From contig CAWKDB010000010.1 in assembly GCA_963848295.1 (NCBI GenBank), positions 1,504,001-1,568,000 on the forward strand: a stretch of 64,000 nt of DNA. Direction: 5' to 3'. The notes under the pieces are model-generated. The model searched no databases. It had not been told where the DNA came from and was given only the letters and a program-made list of their open reading frames with translations. Positions 31,501-41,448 of the stretch are shown here, piece after piece. Each line of letters opens with the position of its first letter. The stretch's first letter is position 1. This DNA is from an uncultured delta proteobacterium (lineage in GTDB: Bacteria; Myxococcota_A; Polyangia; Haliangiales; Haliangiaceae). Both the position numbers and the translations under genes were made by a program.

Positions 31501-32163
31501 TTAGCCACTCGCGGCGACGAGCAGGTCGTAGATCACGTGCGCGTAGACCGCGTGCGCCAGCGAGCGGTACCAGCAGATCAAACCGAACGCGGCACCCGCG
31601 ACGCTGCGGAACGCGAAGGCGTGCAGCGACCACGGCTCGCCACCGGGCCCGACGTGGTGCGCCGCCGCGAAGAGCAACGACGTCGTGACCAGCGCGATCG
31701 GCAGCGCGACTCGGGTCCGGCCGAGCATCGCGACGACCCCACACATCAGACCGAGCCGAAACACGAGCTCCTCGTGGACCCCGGCGCCGAGCGCGCCGAC
31801 GACGCTGCGCGCCGACAAGCCAAGCCCGAGGACGCGGTGGATCACCATCGTGACGACCGCGCCGAGCACGACCGCGTAGATCGCCGCTTCGACGACGACC
31901 GGCGCCCAGGACTCGAGCCGCAGCGCGTGCCAGCGCCGCTCGTGGCGGATCCACACCAGGAAGCCGAGCGCGATCGCCGCGTGCAGGATGAGGTAGCCGG
32001 TGCGGCCGCCGCACATGCGGTAGAGACCGCGGGTGACGAGGTCGACGCCGTTGACGTGTCCGGTGAGTGCCGCGCCGATCCCGTACGCGAGGATGACCGG
32101 AAAGATCAGGACGAGGCTGTCGGCGAGGTCGCCGCGCCCGGACCAGCCGTGGCCCTTCGTCAT
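31501..32163 (-). CDS. CPBP/Abi (CAAX-like) intramembrane glutamic protease
   Basis: AGVHEELVFR (EExxxR), LFAAAHH, AVYAHVIYD motifs; hydrophobic. Confidence 0.88.
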   Translation of the reverse strand: MTKGHGWSGRGDLADSLVLIFPVILAYGIGAALTGHVNGVDLVTRGLYRMCGGRTGYLILHAAIALGFLVWIRHERRWHALRLESWAPVVVEAAIYAVVLGAVVTMVIHRVLGLGLSARSVVGALGAGVHEELVFRLGLMCGVVAMLGRTRVALPIALVTTSLLFAAAHHVGPGGEPWSLHAFAFRSVAGAAFGLICWYRSLAHAVYAHVIYDLLVAASG

Positions 32164-34760
32164 CGCGACTTCGCTCCGAGCTTGCTACGCTTGGCCGCCG
32201 CCGGCGTGCGCGCGGGTGGTCGCACCGTCGCGGTGATCTCGCGATCGACGCGCAAGTACGTGGTCGCCGCGGCGGCGACATCGGCGACGCCGACGGCGCG
32301 AATCGCATCGTCGTAGTGCGCCCAGCGATCCCAGCCCAAGCCGTACGCCTCGTGATACGCGAGCGCGTTTGCGACCGCGGCTCGGCGTTGCATCGCGATC
32401 TGATGGCTGCCGATCAGGTACGCTTGCGCGCGCGCGAGCTCGTCGTCGGTGACGCCCGTGGTGCGAATGCGATCGAGCTCGGCGTTGACCGAGGCGACCG
32501 CGGCGTCGAGCTTGGCCGGCGCGCACGACAAGTAGATCGCGACGAACCCCGGATCGACGCCTTCGATCGAGTGCGCCGAGATGCGATAGACCAGGCCGGA
32601 TTTCTCGCGCAGCTCGGCGAACAATCGGCCGCTCTGGCCTCCGAGGATCGCGACCAGCACCTCGAGCGCGAACCGATCGGGCGCGGCGACCGTCGCGCCG
32701 GGAAACCCGACGACGAGATAGGCCTGCTGGCGGTCGAGGTAGCGATAGACCTCGCGGGCCTCGCCGGGGCGACCGTCGAGCTTCGGCGCCGGCACGATCG
32801 GCTCGATCGCGCGCTTGGCCTTGACGCCGCCGAACCGCGCAGTGACTCGCGCCACGACGTCGGCGACCTCGACATCGCCGACGATCGCGAGGGTCAGCGC
32901 CGAGACCGGATAGCGATCGCGATAGAACGCGGCCAGCGCATCGCGATCGAGGCGGTCGACCGCGGTCGCGGTGCCGAGCACGTCGCGCGCGTAGGGGTGG
33001 TCGCCGTACAGCGCTTCGCTGAACAGCCGGAACGCCACCTGAGTCGGATTGTCGGCCTGCGCGTCTTGATCGGCGACGAGCAAGCGTTGCTCGCGGCTGA
33101 CCTCGGCGGCGGGAAACGTCGGCGCGAGGATGCAATCGGCGAGTAGCTCGAGCCCGGGCTGCCACGACCGCGCGAGGAACTCGCCGGAGACACCGACGCT
33201 GTTGCGCCCTGCGACGCCGGTCAGCGAGCCGCCGAGGCTATCGATGTGCTCGGCGACCGCGGACGCACCGAGCTTGCCGCAGCCGCGCAGCAGCGTGCGC
33301 GCGAGGAGCGTCGAAGCGCCGGCGTGGTCGGCATCTTCGATGCGCTGGCCGCCGCGCCACACCGCGCGCATCGCGACGATCGGAACGGACGGATCACGCC
33401 GGACGAGCAGCACCATGCCGTTCGGCAGCACGACGCGCTGATCGGCCGGGGCCGCGACCGGCGTCGTCTTCGCGAGCGCACTGCGCACGCGCTTCTCGGC
33501 ATCGCGCGCGAACGCCGCCGGCTGCGATCTTCGCTTCGGCACGATCGCCGCGACGCTCGCGTTGTCCGGGCGCAGATAGCGGCGCACCGCCGATGCGACA
33601 TCGTGCCGGCGGACCGCGCGGATGCGATCGACGTAGACGTGGCCGAAGTGCGGATCGCCGGTGACCACGGCATGCCAGCCGAGCGAGCGAGCCCGGCCTT
33701 GCGCGGTCTCGAGCTGGCGCACGAGCGACGTCTCGACCGCGATCCTCGCGCGATCGAGATCGTCGGGCTCGAGCGAGTCGGCGAGCGCGAGCGTCTGGTC
33801 GACGAGCGCGCCAACCGCCTTGCCGGCATCGCGTGGCCGCGAGGTGGCCGACAGCACGAACAACCCCGGATCGCGCAACGCGTGGACGTGCGCATGGGCC
33901 GACGTCGCGACCTGATCGCGATCGCGCAGGACGCGTGGCAGTCGAGCGGACTCGCTCTGGCCCAGGACGATCGCCGCGACATCGAGCGCCGCGAGATCGG
34001 GGTGGCGCGCCGACGGGACGTGGAACCCGACCGCGAGGTACGCCTCGCTGACCTCGCGAAACACCGCGGCCGATCGCGGCTCGGTCTGCGCCGGTTCGGT
34101 CGCGACCTGACGCGCGGGGCGCCCGGCCGGCATCGCGGTGAATCTCCTCGCCACAGCGCGCCGCACGCGCTGCGGGTCGACGTCGCCGGCGACGACGAGC
34201 GTGACGTTATCGGCGACGTAGTAGTTGCGAAAGAAATCCACGAGCTCGCGGTCGCCGACCCGGCGCACGCTGTCCGACGTGCCGATCACCGGACGGCGAT
34301 ACGGATGGGAGACGAACGCGGTCGCGAACAGGCTCTGCGCGACCGAGCGCGCCGGATCGTCGGCGCCTTGGCGAATCTCCTCGAGGATGACCTCGCGCTC
34401 GCGCTCGAGCTCGTCGCGATCGACCCGCGGCGCGGTCAGGGCATCCCCGAGCGCGTCGATCGCGGTGTCCAGGTGATCGCGGCCGAGCACCGCGTGGTAG
34501 ACGGTCTGGTCGTAGGACGTCCACGCGTTGATCTCGCCGCCGCCGGCTCCGATCGCACGCGTCAGCTCGCCGAGGCCGTAGTCGCTCGAGCCCTTGAACA
34601 GCATGTGCTCGACGACGTGGGCGAACCCCGCCTGCGCCGGTGTCTCGTCGGCCGAGCCCACCCCGACCCACGCCTGGATCGCGACGACCGGCGACGCGTG
34701 CCCGGGTGCGACGTGGAGCGCCAGCCCGTTGTCGAGGCGGTAAGAGTGGACGTCCTGCAC
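32160..34760 (-). CDS. M16 family zinc peptidase (two-module pitrilysin/PqqL-like)
   Basis: GSADE..GFAHVVEHMLFKG (HxxEH), NAWTSYDQTVY, EREVILEE, HPYRRPVIG; the second module lacks HxxEH; GTG start at 34760. Confidence 0.92.
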   Translation of the reverse strand: MQDVHSYRLDNGLALHVAPGHASPVVAIQAWVGVGSADETPAQAGFAHVVEHMLFKGSSDYGLGELTRAIGAGGGEINAWTSYDQTVYHAVLGRDHLDTAIDALGDALTAPRVDRDELEREREVILEEIRQGADDPARSVAQSLFATAFVSHPYRRPVIGTSDSVRRVGDRELVDFFRNYYVADNVTLVVAGDVDPQRVRRAVARRFTAMPAGRPARQVATEPAQTEPRSAAVFREVSEAYLAVGFHVPSARHPDLAALDVAAIVLGQSESARLPRVLRDRDQVATSAHAHVHALRDPGLFVLSATSRPRDAGKAVGALVDQTLALADSLEPDDLDRARIAVETSLVRQLETAQGRARSLGWHAVVTGDPHFGHVYVDRIRAVRRHDVASAVRRYLRPDNASVAAIVPKRRSQPAAFARDAEKRVRSALAKTTPVAAPADQRVVLPNGMVLLVRRDPSVPIVAMRAVWRGGQRIEDADHAGASTLLARTLLRGCGKLGASAVAEHIDSLGGSLTGVAGRNSVGVSGEFLARSWQPGLELLADCILAPTFPAAEVSREQRLLVADQDAQADNPTQVAFRLFSEALYGDHPYARDVLGTATAVDRLDRDALAAFYRDRYPVSALTLAIVGDVEVADVVARVTARFGGVKAKRAIEPIVPAPKLDGRPGEAREVYRYLDRQQAYLVVGFPGATVAAPDRFALEVLVAILGGQSGRLFAELREKSGLVYRISAHSIEGVDPGFVAIYLSCAPAKLDAAVASVNAELDRIRTTGVTDDELARAQAYLIGSHQIAMQRRAAVANALAYHEAYGLGWDRWAHYDDAIRAVGVADVAAAATTYLRVDREITATVRPPARTPAAAKRSKLGAKSR

Positions 34761-34883
34761 GGCGGCGAAGCAAACCGCGAGCGCGGCCGCACCGAAATGA
34801 TAGGCACGCCAGGTCAGGATGGGCACCTTTTTCCCGTGCGGCAGATTACTCCCGAGTTCCGCGAATTTGGTTAAGCTCTGCCG

Positions 34884-35363
34884 ATGAACCGAGTCGCCTA
34901 TGCGTTGCTCCTTGGTGTCCTTGGCTGCAGCAGCACCCCGGCCGATGTCAGCGGCGATTACACGATGGCCGTCACCGACGAGGCCAACGGCTGCAACCTC
35001 CAGAACTGGACGATGGGCGATAGCTCGACCGGCGTCCCGGTCACGATCACCCAGGACACGAAGGACGTGACGATCAAGATCACGGGTGCGGCCGGTGCGT
35101 ACGTCGCGGTGATCCTCGGCACGAGCAGTTTCATGGGAACGGTCGACGGCGACAACGTGAGCGCGACGCTGTTCGGCACGACCAGCGCGACGATGGGCGG
35201 CTGCGAGTACACCTACGACGCGGATCTCGAAGCGTCGCTCGACGTCGACGAGCTGACCGGCACGATCGCGTACTCGCCGAAGACGAACGGCAGCCCGGAT
35301 TGCTCGACGATCATGGGCTGCACCTCGACGCAGAATTTCAACGGTACTCGCGCGCCGCAGTGA
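34884..35363 (+). CDS. Hypothetical lipoprotein (small beta-rich, 2 likely disulfides)
   Basis: VLGC lipobox; T/G/D-rich beta strands. Confidence 0.7.
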   Translation: MNRVAYALLLGVLGCSSTPADVSGDYTMAVTDEANGCNLQNWTMGDSSTGVPVTITQDTKDVTIKITGAAGAYVAVILGTSSFMGTVDGDNVSATLFGTTSATMGGCEYTYDADLEASLDVDELTGTIAYSPKTNGSPDCSTIMGCTSTQNFNGTRAPQ

Positions 35364-35917
35364 TCACGCGGCCGCCGGCGCTCGTCACCGACCGGTTGAC
35401 GCTGCGCGAGCTGCGCGCGACCGATGCTCCCGCCGTCGCGACACGCGCTGGTGATCAGCGAGTCGCGAAGTTCTTGATCCAGGTGCCGAGCCCGTATCCG
35501 ATCGCGCTCGCGAAGCGCTGGATCGCAGGTCGAGTCGCGTGGTGGGACGCCGGCCGGGGCGTGACGCTCGCGATCGCCCGACGGGAAGCGCGCGACGACC
35601 TGCTCGGCACGGTCAGCTTGCGCCGCCACAACCGCGACCGCCGCGCCGAGCTCGGCTACTGGCTCGGCGCCGCCGAGTGGGGCAAAGGCTACGCGACCGA
35701 AGCCTGCCGCGCGTTGATCGAGTTCGGGTTCGCCGAGCTCGTGCTCGCGCGGATCTACGCCCAGGTGCTCGCCGGCAACGAACCCTCGTGTCGCGTGCTC
35801 GAGAAGCTCGGCATGCAGCGCGAGGGGACGCGCCGCCAGCACGTGCGCAAAGGCCATCGCCTGCACGACGTCACGCTCTTCGGGCTGCTCCGCGACGAAT
35901 GGCCGACGCGAGCGTAA
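35360..35917 (+). CDS. GNAT family N-acetyltransferase (RimJ/RimL-like)
   Basis: TDRLTLREL, AELGYWLG..WGKGYATEA, NEPSCRVLEKLGM; GTGA overlap. Confidence 0.9.
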   Translation: MITRPPALVTDRLTLRELRATDAPAVATRAGDQRVAKFLIQVPSPYPIALAKRWIAGRVAWWDAGRGVTLAIARREARDDLLGTVSLRRHNRDRRAELGYWLGAAEWGKGYATEACRALIEFGFAELVLARIYAQVLAGNEPSCRVLEKLGMQREGTRRQHVRKGHRLHDVTLFGLLRDEWPTRA

Positions 35918-35986
35918 CCGTCCGACCCCATCCGCTCCGCGCTCGGCCGCGAGCACCCTCACGACTCCTGCGAGAGCACACGGTCG

Positions 35987-36259
35987 TTACCGCGCTCGCC
36001 GGCGCGCGATGCCGTAGCCGATCGCGATTCCGGCGGCGAGCCCGACCAGTCCACCGAGCGCGAAGCCCGACGTCGACGGCTGCGAGACCGAGGGCCTGGC
36101 ACCTGGCTCGCGCTTCGGTGCGGTAAACCAGCCAATCGCGAATGCACCGGCGCACACGGCGGCGATCACGACCGCGGCGATCCACGTCGAGCGCGGCACC
36201 GGGACGCGCAGCTTCGCCCCCTTGCCGGCGATCTCCCGGGCGGCCTGCTCGCGGTCCAC
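35987..36259 (-). CDS. Small two-TM membrane protein
   Basis: Two hydrophobic segments with a basic C-terminus. Confidence 0.55.
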   Translation of the reverse strand: MDREQAAREIAGKGAKLRVPVPRSTWIAAVVIAAVCAGAFAIGWFTAPKREPGARPSVSQPSTSGFALGGLVGLAAGIAIGYGIARRRAR

Positions 36260-36347
36260 AGCTCGCTCGTAGCACGAGTCTTGCTCACAGCGACGGCCAC
36301 GACGACGCTCCGCGGGCTTGTGCCCGAGTCGCGTTGCGGATCACAAC

Positions 36348-37658
36348 ATGCGCTACCTGATCCTCGGCTTGGTCCTTACAACGGCGTGTCACTGGGGCGC
36401 GCCGGCAACCGATCCTGACGCGGCCTCGCCCGACGGTGGCGCCGGCTCCGATGCGGCGAATGGCTGCCCCGCCGGCCTCGCAGGAGCGCCGTGCGTGCTC
36501 GCGCTCTACGATCAGGCCGCCACCTGCAGCGATCCGACCGCGCTCGCCCAGCTCGCGACCGAGCTCACCGCGCGCGCCGGCCTCGGCCCGCTGTGGTCGG
36601 ACGGCCGCGCGCTGTTCGCGACCTCCGCGCCGCTCGCGGTCGCCGGCGCGTTCAACGCGTGGTCGACGACCGCCGCGATCACCGCACCGCTGTGCGGCAC
36701 GGGCCCGATCCTCGTCGTGACGCCGATCGCGACCGGCCTGTGGCCGTACAAGCTCGTCGACGCCGGCGGCAACTGGTCGCTCGATCCCGCAAATCCCGCG
36801 TTCGCCTACGACGACTTCGCCGGCAACCCCGACGGCCGCAACAGCGCGATCGATACGCCCGACTCCGGGCTCGGCCACCTCGTGTCGTTCGGACAGGAGT
36901 GCTCGACGACGCTCGGCAACTGTCGCGAGGTCACCGCGTACCTCCCCGCCGCATACGACGCACCGGCATCGGCGGCGCTCACGTACCCGGTGATGTTCAT
37001 GCACGACGGCCAGAACATCTGGGACGACAACACGTGCTGCTTCGGCAACGGCGGCTGGCAAGTCAACCTCACACTCGATACCGAGATCGCCGCGAACAAG
37101 GTCGCGCCGGTGATCGTGATCGGTGCCGCGAACACCGCGAACCGCAATAACGAGTACGGGCTCGATCCGACGACGACCGCCGCGTTCGAGGCGTTCCAGA
37201 TCGACACGATCCAACCCGATGCACTCGCTCGCGTCCGCGGCGACGGCGGCAAGGTCGTGATCGGCGGCAGCTCGCTCGGCGGCTTGATCGCGATGCAGGA
37301 TGGCCTGGCGCGGCCCGATGTCTATCGCGGCATCGCCTCGCTATCGGGAGCGTTCTGGCCGACGACGTTCGACGGCACCGAGCTCGTCGATCAGATGCCC
37401 GCGATGGGCAAGCAACCGCTCGCGATCTATCTCGACCACGGCGGCGAAGACTCCGACAACGGCGATGGCGCCGCGGACTCCGACGCGGTCGTCAGCGAGC
37501 TCGTCACGCTCGGCTGGCAAGAGACGATGTCGCCGAGTTGCGCTGCGCCCGGAGCGAGCGCGCTGTGTTTCTACTGGGAGCCTGGCGCGACCCACGACGA
37601 GCTGGCCTGGCGTGCGCGCGTGTGGCGGATGCTCGAGTTCATGTTCCCGGCGCACTGA
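36348..37658 (+). CDS. Esterase (enterochelin-esterase-like alpha/beta hydrolase) with CBM48-like domain, lipoprotein
   Basis: VAGAFNAW..YKLVD..W.LDPANP; YLPAAY, YPVMFMHDGQN, GGSSLGG, GATHDELAW. Confidence 0.8.
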   Translation: MRYLILGLVLTTACHWGAPATDPDAASPDGGAGSDAANGCPAGLAGAPCVLALYDQAATCSDPTALAQLATELTARAGLGPLWSDGRALFATSAPLAVAGAFNAWSTTAAITAPLCGTGPILVVTPIATGLWPYKLVDAGGNWSLDPANPAFAYDDFAGNPDGRNSAIDTPDSGLGHLVSFGQECSTTLGNCREVTAYLPAAYDAPASAALTYPVMFMHDGQNIWDDNTCCFGNGGWQVNLTLDTEIAANKVAPVIVIGAANTANRNNEYGLDPTTTAAFEAFQIDTIQPDALARVRGDGGKVVIGGSSLGGLIAMQDGLARPDVYRGIASLSGAFWPTTFDGTELVDQMPAMGKQPLAIYLDHGGEDSDNGDGAADSDAVVSELVTLGWQETMSPSCAAPGASALCFYWEPGATHDELAWRARVWRMLEFMFPAH

Positions 37659-37757
37659 TCGGCGACCACAGCCCCACCCAGTGGGGTGACCAGTCCCCGA
37701 GGCAGCGCGCGCCCCTACGAGGCGGCGGTCATGAACGCGCGATCCGCCGCGACGTAC

Positions 37758-37773
37758 GGGCACATGCGTTGCT
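37758..37773 (+). promoter_or_regulatory. Putative sigma54 -24/-12 promoter
   Basis: GGGCACATGCGTTGCT (GGCAC-N5-TTGC), 13 nt before ATG 37787. Confidence 0.5.
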
Positions 37774-37786
37774 ACTCTGGGAGCCC

Positions 37787-38713
37787 ATGATGAAGGCGCT
37801 AGCCCTAGGTCTATCCTTGACTGCAGCTTGCACGGTCGGCTCGGGTGCTATCGGCCCCCAAGGCAGCGGCGATGATACCCAGTCCGACGGCGGCGTGACC
37901 CCTCCGGATGGGATCAGCGGCCACATCACCGCGAGCACGACCTGGATGGGCGCGGTGAACATCATCGGCGACACCACGATCGACCCGGGTGTGACCGTCA
38001 CGGTCCAGCCGGGCGCCGTCGTCAACGTCGCCGCCGGCATGAGCATCGTGGTGCTCGGCACCCTCGATGCCGAGGGGACGAGCGCCGCGAAGATCACGAT
38101 CCAGCCGGCGAATGCCGGGTTGCACTTCGGTGCGCCCGACGCGGGCATCACGGTCGGCGCGTCGGCCTTGACGGTCGGCAGCTCGCCTCAGCCGGGCACG
38201 CTGATCATGAAGTACGTCGACCAGACCGGCGGCAGCTTGCGCGTGTTCGGTAGCGGCACCGCCACGGTGACCGACAGCACGTTCTCGAAGGCCGACGGAG
38301 ATCTCGTACAGATGTCCGACACCGCGTCGCTCGACTTCGAATACTCGGCGATCGGCCTCACCGCCGCCGGCGACACCACCCACTGCGACATGCACTTCCA
38401 GACGCCGATGGGCTCGGCGCTCACGTCGATCAAGGTGTCGCATTCGAACGTCAGCACGTCGTCGTACGGCATCATGTTCTACGCAGGCACGAACGCCGAC
38501 TTCACGTTCGACAACTGGTTCATGAACTCCACGACCAGCCTCGATCCGACGATCGGCTCGGTCAGCGGCGACTTCAGCAGCGGCTACTTCGACATCGTCC
38601 CGCCCTCGATCTCGACGCCTACGACCGGGATCACCGCGAATACCCTCGCGACCGCGATGCTGGCCGCCTGCGACGGCACGAACGATGTGTCTTGCGCTGG
38701 CCCACATCCGTAA
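37787..38713 (+). CDS. Hypothetical lipoprotein, beta-helix-like (paralog 1)
   Basis: TAAC lipobox; TTW.G, DPGVT.T, GTLDAEG, THCDMH, ends CDGTND.SCAGPHP. Confidence 0.75.
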   Translation: MMKALALGLSLTAACTVGSGAIGPQGSGDDTQSDGGVTPPDGISGHITASTTWMGAVNIIGDTTIDPGVTVTVQPGAVVNVAAGMSIVVLGTLDAEGTSAAKITIQPANAGLHFGAPDAGITVGASALTVGSSPQPGTLIMKYVDQTGGSLRVFGSGTATVTDSTFSKADGDLVQMSDTASLDFEYSAIGLTAAGDTTHCDMHFQTPMGSALTSIKVSHSNVSTSSYGIMFYAGTNADFTFDNWFMNSTTSLDPTIGSVSGDFSSGYFDIVPPSISTPTTGITANTLATAMLAACDGTNDVSCAGPHP

Positions 38714-38740
38714 CCGCGATTCCCTCGTACACTTAGCACC

Positions 38741-39595
<855 letters not shown>

Positions 39596-39645
39596 CGTTT
39601 ATTACATCAATCCGAACCTGCATTGGACGTGATAGCGTCCGCCCG

Positions 39646-40947
39646 ATGCGTCTCTATGCCCTGATTGTCGCGGCCAGCGTCCTCGGTTGTGGTGATAACT
39701 CAGATCCCGGGCCTGCTAGCGAAAAGCCTACTGCCCCCGGGGCCAACGATCCCTCGTTCCAGATCTCGAGCCTCAAGCACTGGTACCTGGTCGGCGACGG
39801 CGTGACTCCCGGCGATGACACGGTCCAACTCGCGATCACGCCGCCCGCCGACGCGAAAGTCGTCGACGCGTGGATCGGCCCGCTCCAGCCGGTGCGGATG
39901 CAGCTGCAAGACGGTCAGCTCGTCGCGCAAGCGTCGATCGCCGATCTCGACCCGGGCATGTACTCGATCGTGTTCTCGGCCGACGGCTCGGATCAGGGCT
40001 TCGCCGCAGCGTCGTTCCAGCGCAGCTCGCCGTACTACGTGTTGGTCTCTACCGATTGGGACTTTTCGGACCCAGGCGATTCGTCGCTGACGTACATCAA
40101 CGATCTCCACCTCGGTCATCCCGGAATCCGTATGACGGATTTCATCGGACCGTATCTGTTCACCGATCCCGCGAACACCGATGCTCGCAAGCAGGAGCTC
40201 GCGACGTGGATCGCGAACGAGCGCGATACGTACGGCGTCGAGATCGGCCTGCACATCCATCCGTACTGCAACTTCGTCGCGGACGCCGGCGTCACGTGCA
40301 TCACGAACGTCTCGACCGTGTACCCGGCGGGCGACCCATCCGGTTACACGATCGAGGTCGGCGCGTACAGTCGCAGCGACTTCGAGACGTTGCTCCAGCA
40401 TGCGTCGGATCTGTTCGCCGCGAACGGCCTCGGTCGACCGACGTCGTTCCGGGCCGGCGGCTGGACCGCAGATCTGGATACGTTTCTAGCGCTGATCGAC
40501 AAAGGCTTTCGCGCGGACAGCTCGGCGATGAACTGGGCACGTCTCTACGCCGCGTGGAAAGGCTATGTGCTCTACGACTGGAACATGGCGCACTGGACGC
40601 CGATCAACGACACGAGTCAGCCCTACACGCCTAGCATGACGCAGGTGCTGCCGGGCGGCCCGACGCCGCTGATGCCGCTGCTCGAGGTCCCGGACAACGG
40701 CGTGATGATCGACTACGCCTCGCTCACCGACATGACGACCATCTTCGACGAGAACTGGCCGCAACACGGTGCGCTCATCCAGCCGACGACGCTGATGATG
40801 GGCTTCCATCCCGCGATGCAGTTCAGCTACGAGGAATACCGGCGCGTCTACGACTTCCTGACCTACGCCGATCAGTTCCTCGCGAGCGATGACAACGGTC
40901 CGGTGGTCTACACGACGCTCGGTGGGCTCGAACCAGCATTTCAATGA
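39646..40947 (+). CDS. Polysaccharide deacetylase-like (NodB-fold) lipoprotein
   Basis: VLGC lipobox; STDWD, EIGLHIHP, SFRAGGW, DSS, LLEVP, GFHP motifs. Confidence 0.7.
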   Translation: MRLYALIVAASVLGCGDNSDPGPASEKPTAPGANDPSFQISSLKHWYLVGDGVTPGDDTVQLAITPPADAKVVDAWIGPLQPVRMQLQDGQLVAQASIADLDPGMYSIVFSADGSDQGFAAASFQRSSPYYVLVSTDWDFSDPGDSSLTYINDLHLGHPGIRMTDFIGPYLFTDPANTDARKQELATWIANERDTYGVEIGLHIHPYCNFVADAGVTCITNVSTVYPAGDPSGYTIEVGAYSRSDFETLLQHASDLFAANGLGRPTSFRAGGWTADLDTFLALIDKGFRADSSAMNWARLYAAWKGYVLYDWNMAHWTPINDTSQPYTPSMTQVLPGGPTPLMPLLEVPDNGVMIDYASLTDMTTIFDENWPQHGALIQPTTLMMGFHPAMQFSYEEYRRVYDFLTYADQFLASDDNGPVVYTTLGGLEPAFQ

Positions 40948-41041
40948 GGTTCGAGATTGCCCCACGAGCACGCGTGTGCTGGAATCCGCGCGTCGCTTGC
41001 TGATAAGCGATCTGGCTTTCCCGATACGAGAGGAACATTAG

Positions 41042-41443
41042 ATGAGCGGACTGCAGAACGACATGAATCGGGCGGTGGCGGGATTCGTGGCACAAATCAC
41101 CGAGCTTGCCCGTCGCGCCGCGCTCGACATGGTCGATGCAGCCCTCCGCCCGGTTCGCGGCACCGGCAGCGGCGGCGCGTCGTTCGCTCTGCCCCGCGGC
41201 GCGCGCGGCAAGGGTGCGAAGAGATCGTCGAACGAGCTCGATAAGCTCGCCGAGACATTCCACAGCTACGTGATGAAGCACCCGGGCCTGCGCATCGAGC
41301 AGATCAACAAGGAGCTCGGCACGACGACCAAGGACCTCGCCCTACCGATCCGCAAGCTGATCGCCGAGGGTGCGCTCAAGGCCAAGGGCGCGAAGCGCTC
41401 GACGACGTACTTCGCGAGCGAAGGCCGCAAGAAGAAGAACTAG
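41042..41443 (+). CDS. Small basic DNA-binding protein (helical N-terminus, winged-helix-like C-terminus)
   Basis: HPGLRIEQINKELG..DLALPIRKLIAEGALKAKGAKRSTTYF; GAGAGG Shine-Dalgarno. Confidence 0.7.
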   Translation: MSGLQNDMNRAVAGFVAQITELARRAALDMVDAALRPVRGTGSGGASFALPRGARGKGAKRSSNELDKLAETFHSYVMKHPGLRIEQINKELGTTTKDLALPIRKLIAEGALKAKGAKRSTTYFASEGRKKKN

Positions 41444-41448
41444 CGACC

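Noticed and set aside
31501..32163. Abi-family gene as a phage abortive-infection system
   Set aside because: The CPBP/Abi name denotes a membrane protease family, and there is no defence-island context
40948..41041. GGTTCGAG resembling a tRNA T-loop, plus short hairpins
   Set aside because: No cloverleaf, acceptor stem or anticodon arm can be built, and the hairpins are too short to call an ncRNA
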